Source: Ginglymostoma cirratum
Taxonomy: Eukaryota
Direction: 5' to 3'
DNA: 64,000 nt
Assembly (NCBI GenBank): GCA_024137785.1
Contig: JAHRHZ010000067.1
Span: forward strand, 4,311,281-4,375,280
The notes beneath the pieces are model-generated. The model did no database searches and had not been told where the DNA came from. It saw only the letters and a list, made by a program, of their open reading frames with translations. A program made the position numbers and the translations under genes. This document shows positions 37,301 through 46,300 of this stretch, piece after piece; positions within the stretch are counted from its first letter, which is position 1, and every line of letters starts with the position of its first letter.

Positions 37301-40300
37301 TGGACATTAAAATGAAGTTTAACCAGGAGTAATTGCAGTTGCACCTTGTAACAGTTGTAAAAATACATTCAAAAATGTCCTCTTATAAAATTGCAGTTCT
37401 TGAACGACGATATCCTAAAGAAGTTCAGGACCTCTACGAAGCTATGAGACATTTTGCAAGACTACTGGGACCTACAGAACATGACAAATTTATTGAAAGC
37501 CATACATGTATGTAACATTCATATGATTTCCTTTGTTCTCACAGTAATTACAGCCTTTTAAAATTAACATGACAACCATGTGTACCCACTCCTCAGTGAA
37601 AAGCAATGGAAGGTGCTATCTACAGTGCTATCACGCTGCTCTAGCTTAGTAGTAATCTGTTCACTCATTCAGTTCAAGTTCTGTAACAGCCGCTCTGCTC
37701 CTTATTTCAGTACAACCTTCGTTTAGATATGGGCAAAAAACGCTGAATTCCAGAGGTGAGATGAGAGTAACTGCTCTTGACATCAAGACAGCATTTCACT
37801 GAGTATGGCATCACAGAACCCTAGCAAAACTGGGGCCAGTGTGAATTGGTGCAGACTAGTTAGCACAAAGGAGGTTGGTTGTGGGAGATCAGTTATCTCT
37901 ACTCCAGGAATCTTTGCAGTAGCTCCTCAGGATAGTGTCCTAGGCCCAACCATCTTCAGCTGCACCTCATATGACTGGTGTTGAACATTGCACATTTGTG
38001 ACTCCTCAGATACTGAAGCAATCAACGTCCAAATGCAACAGGACCTGGAAAGTGGCAAGTAACATATGTACCACAAAATGCCAGGCAATTGACTTACCCA
38101 ACAAGAGAGAATCTAACCACTGCCTCTTGATACCGTTACCAAAGTCCCCCCCCATTATCAGCATCCTGGAAGCTACCATTTATCAGAAATCAAATCGAAC
38201 GGTCCACATAAATACTGTGGAGACACAAGGTCAGAGGCTAGGACTCCTGCAGCGAGTAACTCATCACTTTCATGGAAGCCTGCAGTTCAAACAACATTCA
38301 AGAAACTTGACATTATCAAGGCCAAAGCAGGCTGCTTGATTGGCACCACATCTACAAACATTTTTTTCCCTCTGCCACTGGCACACTACAGAAACTCACC
38401 AAGGCTCCTTAGATAGCATCTTCCAAATCTATGAACCTACCACCTAGCAGGATGAGGGCAGCAAATATATGGGATCACCACCAATTCCAAGTTTCCCTCC
38501 ATGCCATTCACCATCCTGACAAGGCAATGTATTGCTTATTGCCTTGAATGACAACATCATTGGCCAAAATAGCAATCATTTAATTCCTTGACTTAAAAAG
38601 ATTTTTTAAAATTTATCATTATTTCTGCTTTTGTTTACTATCTTGAATATCTGAAAAATAGCGATCTCTGGCATTTAAATTCCTTAACATGCTCATCATA
38701 ACTTTGTTATTCAAATATCAAAATTCAAAACTCTCAGCCACTTCTTTAGAATTATTTTGTTTTTGAATCTCCAAATACCACGTTTTGAGTGTAAGGGGTA
38801 CAGTTGTGAAAATTCAATTAAAAATTATCCTTCTACCAATATTTATTTCTCATAGTGGATTTTGAACTTCGGAAAGAGATCAAACGATTGCAAGAATACA
38901 GACGGGCAGGAATCTTCACGTTCCGTGGTGAGTTGTTTGGATATGTTATTAAATAAGTATGCTTTCTCTTAAGTTCATAAATGTCAAAGCAGCAGGTCAG
39001 ACAAATGTTCTGAGAGAGAAAGCTATACTGTATTATGAAAATGAATGCTACAGTATCTGAACCCATTAACGTATGAAGAAAAAGCCTTAGTGTACATATG
39101 CTGTTGTGATTTTTATATATCCTCAATAAAGTTTTATGAATCAAATTTTAATTCTGAGGAACAGCATTGTCAAAATAGCTTTGAACTTTAGAAAAGAGGG
39201 AAGAAGTACTTAGCATTGCTCTCATGCAAGCAAAATTTTTTTTATCAAGGCGCTGAGTACTTTCTGATTGTTACTGATGCAGTCATTCCAGCTCATAACC
39301 AAGAGCTTTTATGTTTCCAAATCTACTTCCATCCGGTTCAAAAAGAAAATAAAATCTTACCTATTTTGTTTGAAGAATAATGTGGAGGAAAGTGTGGAGA
39401 TTTATTCTGAGAGACTGTTAGCTCATCTGTATGCACCTTATTAACCACTTCCATGACTTTTTTTCTTGTAACCTTTCTTTTATGAAATATTTTGCGGACA
39501 TTGAAATGGCGTCAGGAACACTAGTGCCGGACGCAGGACTCCGCTAAGCAAGAGAGACGATTTGCTTCAGGGGACAAAGTTTGTAGGAACCACAGGAATG
39601 GCCCTGCATGTGTAAGATGCATGGTCAATGTGAGATCAGATCCAGTGCTGAAGTTCAGTTAGGGTGCGACAGTCCTGAACAAGCACGTGGACCATGTGAA
39701 GCTGCAAACTTGCAAACGGTGTACGAGCAAAACGTGCCTGGCTCCTTGACTGCCTTTCTGACTGCACCAGAACCTGTGGGTTTTCCCTCTCTGTCAAGCA
39801 TTGAATATACCTTGGAATCTGAGATGGACACAGCGGATGTCAATGCCTTTGCTGCCTGAAGAGGAGAATGAATTTCTTCAGAGCTCCAGGTGCAAGAGGC
39901 GAGAGACCATGCGTTACACGCCACCCGAATCAGAGGCTGAGTTGGAGGAACCTGACCCTGTGCGAAAACACCCCAGGAGGAGCTACAAAAAAATGAACTG
40001 GCCTATGTCCTCGGACTCAAAGTGGGATGGATATAGTGATTGTAACAAGGTCAGCCAGGTGGACCTCATAGAATACGAATTCCCTGATTGGGGGGTGTTA
40101 ATCTGGTCCAACCAGGGGGCCCTGGCTGACAAATGTAAACAGGAGTTTCAGAGGTACTTTTCACTCTGAGGAAACTGGATCAGTGTCACAGATTCTCCAC
40201 TGAAATAACTCCACAGAGGCTGGTATCCCATCACCAAGTCATTCTTTTGCACGTGGAGAGTCCTTAACACTGATCCAACTTCCTCAAAGCCAGCTCTGAG

Positions 40301-43300
40301 TGAACAGAGCCTCTAATAGCCCTGTTTATATCTGTCACCCAGGGCTCCCTGATTGGGACTGTTAATCTGGTCCACCCTAGCTGACCTTCTTACAATCACT
40401 ACAGACATCAGAAGCCCAACTGAATCCAAAAGATATCCCGTCAAATGGTACTTCTTGTGTTCTGAGCAGAGGCAGTGTCTTGTTCATACATTGCAGTCAA
40501 TGGATTACATCACTTCTAATGGATTTCCATTTCATCAAATAATACCTTCTAATCAGTTTTGTGAATTAACTGGCTGGTAACAAAGTGAAATATACTTTTA
40601 GTTCTTGTTTCGTTTTTGTCATCTTGGGCAACTTAATTTACGGAACTGCACTCAATGGTTAATTGGTTATATTAATAGTTAATTAGCCCTGGTGTGTGGT
40701 TTAATGATAAAACAATTGGAATGAAGTGTAATTCATTCGGAGAATTTCTTTTATCTCTACTCTTTCTTTCACTTGTCTTCTCCGTTCTTACAGCTGGGCT
40801 TGATAATCAGTTAGTGTTGGGTTTTTTTTGTTTTATTGGTGAAGACCAAATGGTGGGTTTTAAAGAGATGTCAGATGTTGAAAATTTTAAAAATCTCACC
40901 CTAACTCCAACCATCCATTTCTGTCATGGCAGTTTAAATTCTTTGAGTTTGAGATCAGACCTACCTGGTATGTAGCCTATCTTGAGGTTGGAAATCTGTT
41001 ATATAGATATATATATAGATATATATATATAGATACATTTTAGGAGGTTAAAACTTCAGCATTTGGAGAAACTCTTGTCTTGGGATTCTCCATTGAAAAC
41101 TCTGGACCCATACTCCCTCTCAGCCTATGCAGCCAATCCTGTTAATATCCAGGCCCAAGTAGCAGTGTGTATGGAATGCCTGAGGAAGTGCACAGTTTTA
41201 AAAATTGCAGGAATCAGATGATGGACAAATTGGACGAGAAATTGAGGGAAACAAACATTCGTGACTACAGGATAGCTGGATGTTAAATGGGTCTGACTGA
41301 ATTTCTCTACAGAGAGCTGATGTGGATTTGATGCTCTGATTTGTCTCCTCCTTTGGTGCCTATGAGTTTTATCTTGCTGTTTAAATCGTTATTTGTATCC
41401 TCTAGTTACGTAGTGTGAAAATGAATCAGTAAAAATCACAATTAAGTTGCTGCAAAGAATGTCTAGAGCAACTTCCATTATTTAAATTTGATAAATAATA
41501 TTATTACAGGTATGATATGTACTAAGAATGTAGTTTGTATTTTGTGAAATTACTTTTTAGTCTTACAAATTGGATTTATTAACAGTTGTTTGTAACAGTA
41601 CCCCCTGTTACATCATCTTAGAACACTGTAAAGAAATGTTGTGTTGGAGAAGGTGCTGGAATATTTTTTATTCTAGAATGTTCCTATTTCTCATGGTGCT
41701 TTGATCGCATCTTGTATAGGCGCCAAAGTATATGACTGTTTGAAGGTGCATCGTGAGGAAGAACGTCTAAAACGCAACATGCTCACAGATGTTCTTCAGT
41801 GTCTACAGGATTCTAACGCCTGCCAGCAGTGGTTACACAAACAAGCAGCAATGTGAGTGCTCTTGGACTGAAATGCCCAGAACTTTATTTACACGTGATT
41901 TTATCACTGTTTGATCTTTTTTTCTCTTGGTGGGAGAGTTGAAAATTATTTTGCTGGGAGAGTCCTGATGATTCCAACAAAGATTAATTTGAGGATGGAT
42001 TCAGGATTCTGACTTCCGATCTATCCATAGTGTAATGCAAGACACTGAGTTTCTATTGCATGGTAAAATAGCGTGAGATCCTATTTTGTGCATGAAAAGT
42101 GAGAGAGAGAGAGAAATAATACTGTCACTTAGGTTTTTAGCACGTTAAATCACCTGGTGGTGTAACAATCGGTCCAATCCTTTTATACCAAATTTAACAT
42201 CTGAATTCCCGTTCACAAGCTGGACCATTTCAGATTACTTTTTCCAATTTATGATGATGCTTGTTGACCAACTGAGGCGTGATGCTGTGAATCAGTTGAT
42301 TCCTTCCACTTCGATGTACATACTGGCTATCTCCAAAGGCTTAACACTCCAATTCTGATATATCCAGTAAAAATGTGTTTGTCACTAAATCTGGCACCAC
42401 ACAAATGTCCTGACTTTCAAATCATTCAGTTTGCGCCCTGTGTAGTTACACCCTTTCAGAAACAAAATCCGCCTTGGCTCAAGTCGCATTTAAATGGAGT
42501 CAGGCTAACACTGCATATGCAGCTCATGTAACTTGTAATTAAAATATTCATACATGAATTAAACGCAGAAAAATGCAAATTATGTTCTGATATATGAAAT
42601 TTCTTCCTACTTTATTGTCTTTGAATTCTTTCCTTTCCCTTACGGGATTGTCGCCTCATGACATTTTTGTTGCATTGGGATGTATTTGCGCACCAGTACC
42701 AGGAAAGTTTTTTTTATTGTTGAAAGTATAAACAGAACTTCAATGATGAACTTACATCTATTAATACAAAATCCATTCTGCAAATGTAATGAAGAAAATG
42801 ATTTTCATTTAGGTGCTACAGATGTCCTGTAGTGAAAATAGTCATTCAAACATCTTGGTAGACAGAGGGGGGAATAAGAACCAACCAGAACTCAATAAGC
42901 CTGCATGCAACTCTTGGCACATTAAAACAATTCCTTCTTTCATCTAAGACACTTACATTTAATTATACTGTACTCTACACATTTATGTAAGTATTATTTC
43001 TTTGGAAGCTGAAGTAGAAAGTATATCAACCACAGGTGGAGGAAAACAGAGGGAGAATGGTTATAACATTCAAGGCTGTGGTCCAAGTTCTGGAAAGTGA
43101 ACACGTATATTTGGTTTTGTTCGTGTAAACTTAATGAGCTGAATGGCCTCCTGTACTGCATGGTTCTATGATTACGCCACAGAAGGAGGGGATTTCGCCC
43201 ACCAAGCCCATGCGAGGTGTATGGAAAGCAGTCCTGTCAGTCCCATTCCCTCGCTGTCACCCCATAGCTCTGCATGTTTATTTCCCTTGAGTACTCATTG

Positions 43301-46300
43301 AGATCATTTGGACAGCAAGTTCCATTACAGTTCACTGCATAGAAAAGTTCTTCCTCATCTGTATCTTTTACCTAAAACCTTATATCTACCTTTCCTAGTC
43401 TTTATAGATACTTTCTGGATCAACACGTTTAGAACTGTTATTGCACACTTCTGGATTAGATGGGACTTGAACCTGGGCTTCCTAGCTCAGAGATAGGGAC
43501 ATTACCACTGTGCCACAATATATCCTCTTAGTGCTTGTATCATTAGATAATGTGAATAGTTTTTCTTACTCTACCTTACATAAGCCTGTCATAATTTTGT
43601 ACACCTTGCTCATATTTTCCCTCAGCCTTCTTAACTCTTAGGAAAGCAGTCTCAGCTTCTTTAGCTAAACCTTGTAGCTAAATCCCCTCATCCAAAGAAC
43701 CATTCTGGTAAATCTCAAATTCACCATCTCAAAGGTCTTCGTGTCTTTCTTAAAGTGTACTGAACAGAACTGGATGCAATTTTTGAGTTGTGGCCTCAAC
43801 AGAGCTTTCTAAAGGTTCAGCAAAACTTAACTGCTTTTGTAATCAGTGTTTTAATTTATGCAGCCCAAGATCCCACATGCTGTGTTAACAATGTTCTCAA
43901 TATGTCCTGCTAGCCTTGGTCCATATATGAATCCCTGCTTCACTCTATTCCTGCATACTTTTTAGAATATTGCTTTTAAGTATATGTTGACTCTCCCTGT
44001 ACCATCTGCCAAAATAAATCTCATTCAGCATGCACTTTCAGAAATCTTGTATATCATACCTATTGTTTGATTTTGTTTTATTTATTTCTTTAGAAGATTT
44101 GGAGGAGTGGTGCAGTTGTATACAGAAGGTACATAGTCTATTTTAGGGTTCTGTTCATACAGCACATATTTTCTAGCTAAAATACTTCATGTTTACTGTT
44201 AAATAAAATCAAAATTCCTAATAAGCCACTGACCAAGTTGTAATTGTCTGTTGCTCATACCCTACCAAACCTTCACTTACGCTCACACCCTGGCGCACAC
44301 AGCAGACAGCTTTCTAAATGTTTACTGCTGAGACAATATCTTTTAATTTTTAATGACAGACAATAATCTAGACGAAGAGCATAGATTTGTTTTTCTGCTC
44401 AGTTGTTTTTTTCTTTCATTTAATCAGCATATCATCCATATCAAAAAAGGTCACCACTTTGATTTACTAGGTTAGTTTCCATGTTCTGAAAATGCACTAA
44501 TGTGTATTTCTTCTTTACCTTTCAGTGATTCAGGATTAAACCCTGTGGCACTCGTCATTCCAACTGCAGGTAAGTAGCTGCTGATCATGGCTGAGAAGTG
44601 CAGAAGGTTCTTCCTAACTTGATCAGGTACTAGAGACACTTACAGCACAGAGGGAGGCCCTTCAGTCTGACAAACCATGCTGGCTCCCCTTGGAACAATC
44701 CAATTAGTCCCGCTGTCCAGCTCAGGCCCAATATTCTTGCACATTTACTTCCTTCAGCTACTCATTCATTTTCCTTTTAAATCATTTATCATTTCTGCTT
44801 CCTCCACCACGTGTGGCAGCAAGTCCAGGTCATTGTCACTCACTGCATTTAAAAATATATACTGTTCCTCACATTGGCCCTGCATTTCTTGCCCAAAATC
44901 TTTATCTTATAGTCATAGACATAGCGGTCTATAGCTCAGAAGAAGGCCTTTCAGCCCATCAAGCCTACATCAATCAAAAACAGCCATCTAACTATTCTAA
45001 TCCCATTTTCCAACACTTGGCCCATAGCCTTGTATGCCTTGGCATTGCAAGTGTACATCTAAATATTTTTTCAGTGTTATGAGGGTTTCCATCTCTACCA
45101 TCCTTATAGGGAGTGAGTTCAGCTTCCCATTACCCCCGGTCAAAAATACATTTCCTCACGTCCCCTCTCAGCCTTCTGCCCCTTATCTTAATTCTGTGCC
45201 TTTGGCCATTTATCCCTCCACAAGGGACAAAGTTTCTTCTTGTCTACCTTGTCCACACCCAACCTTATTTTAGATATTTCAACCAAGTCTCTCCTCTGCT
45301 CCAAGGAAAACATCTCCTGTCCAATATCTTTTAATAACTAAGACTCTCTGGCCCAGGCAAAATCCTGGTAAATCTCTTCTGCACCCTTTCCCTCCTATAA
45401 TATGGATTCCGGAACTGCACACAGTACTTAAGCTGTGGTCCAACCAACATTTCATACAGTTCCAGAGTCCGTCCCTGCTCTTAAAGTCTACACCTCACCA
45501 GTAAAGGCAACTATCCCATATTCTTTCTTAACCACTTTACCCACCCCACCCTACTACCTTAGTCTTTGTACCATCAGCTAATGGGAAGAATTTTCTGCAG
45601 CTGTCTTATCTAAGCCTGTCATAACCTTGTACACCTCTGTTAAGTCTCCCCAAAATCAGCTATGCCTCAAAAAAAAAAGCAACCACATCATTTTAAGCCT
45701 AATCTAAAATACTCCATCCCTGGAATTATTCCAGTATATCAATTATGCACCAACTCAAAGATCTTAACATCTTCTTTATATGACCAGAAAACAAACTTGA
45801 AACATTGATATACACGAACCCTCAGGTCCCTCTAATCTTGCACATTCTTTAGAATTGTGCTATTAAATCTGTATTGCCTCTCTTCGTTCTGCAGAAATGC
45901 ACCACCGAACATACCGTTTAATTTTTGTGGGTCAAGTTAATTAATTAAGTTCCACCTCCCACTTGTTTGCCGATTCATCTAGTATATCTGTGTCCTGTTG
46001 CTGGCAATTCATATCATCCTCGCTTCTCCAACTTTGGTATCATCACCAAATTTTGAAGTTTTCCTCTTTTGTCGAAGGTAATTATATATAGCAAAAAAAA
46101 ATAGTCTTGGGACTGACCCTTGGGGACCACAACTATCCACCATTCCCCCATCAAAAAGCAACCATCTACCATGACTTGCTGCTTTGTCTTCCAGCATGAT
46201 AGCAGTGTTGTGTGCCATACACAAGATGCACTACAGCAACTTAACGAGGCTCCTTCCACAACACCTTCCAAACCCACAACAAATACCATCTACAAAGGCA

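Noticed and set aside
37508-38855. Possible U12-type intron (tatcctt near the acceptor at about 38826)
   Set aside because: The donor is GTATGT, a U2-type site, not GTATCCTT, and there is no TCCTTAAC branch site at the proper distance.
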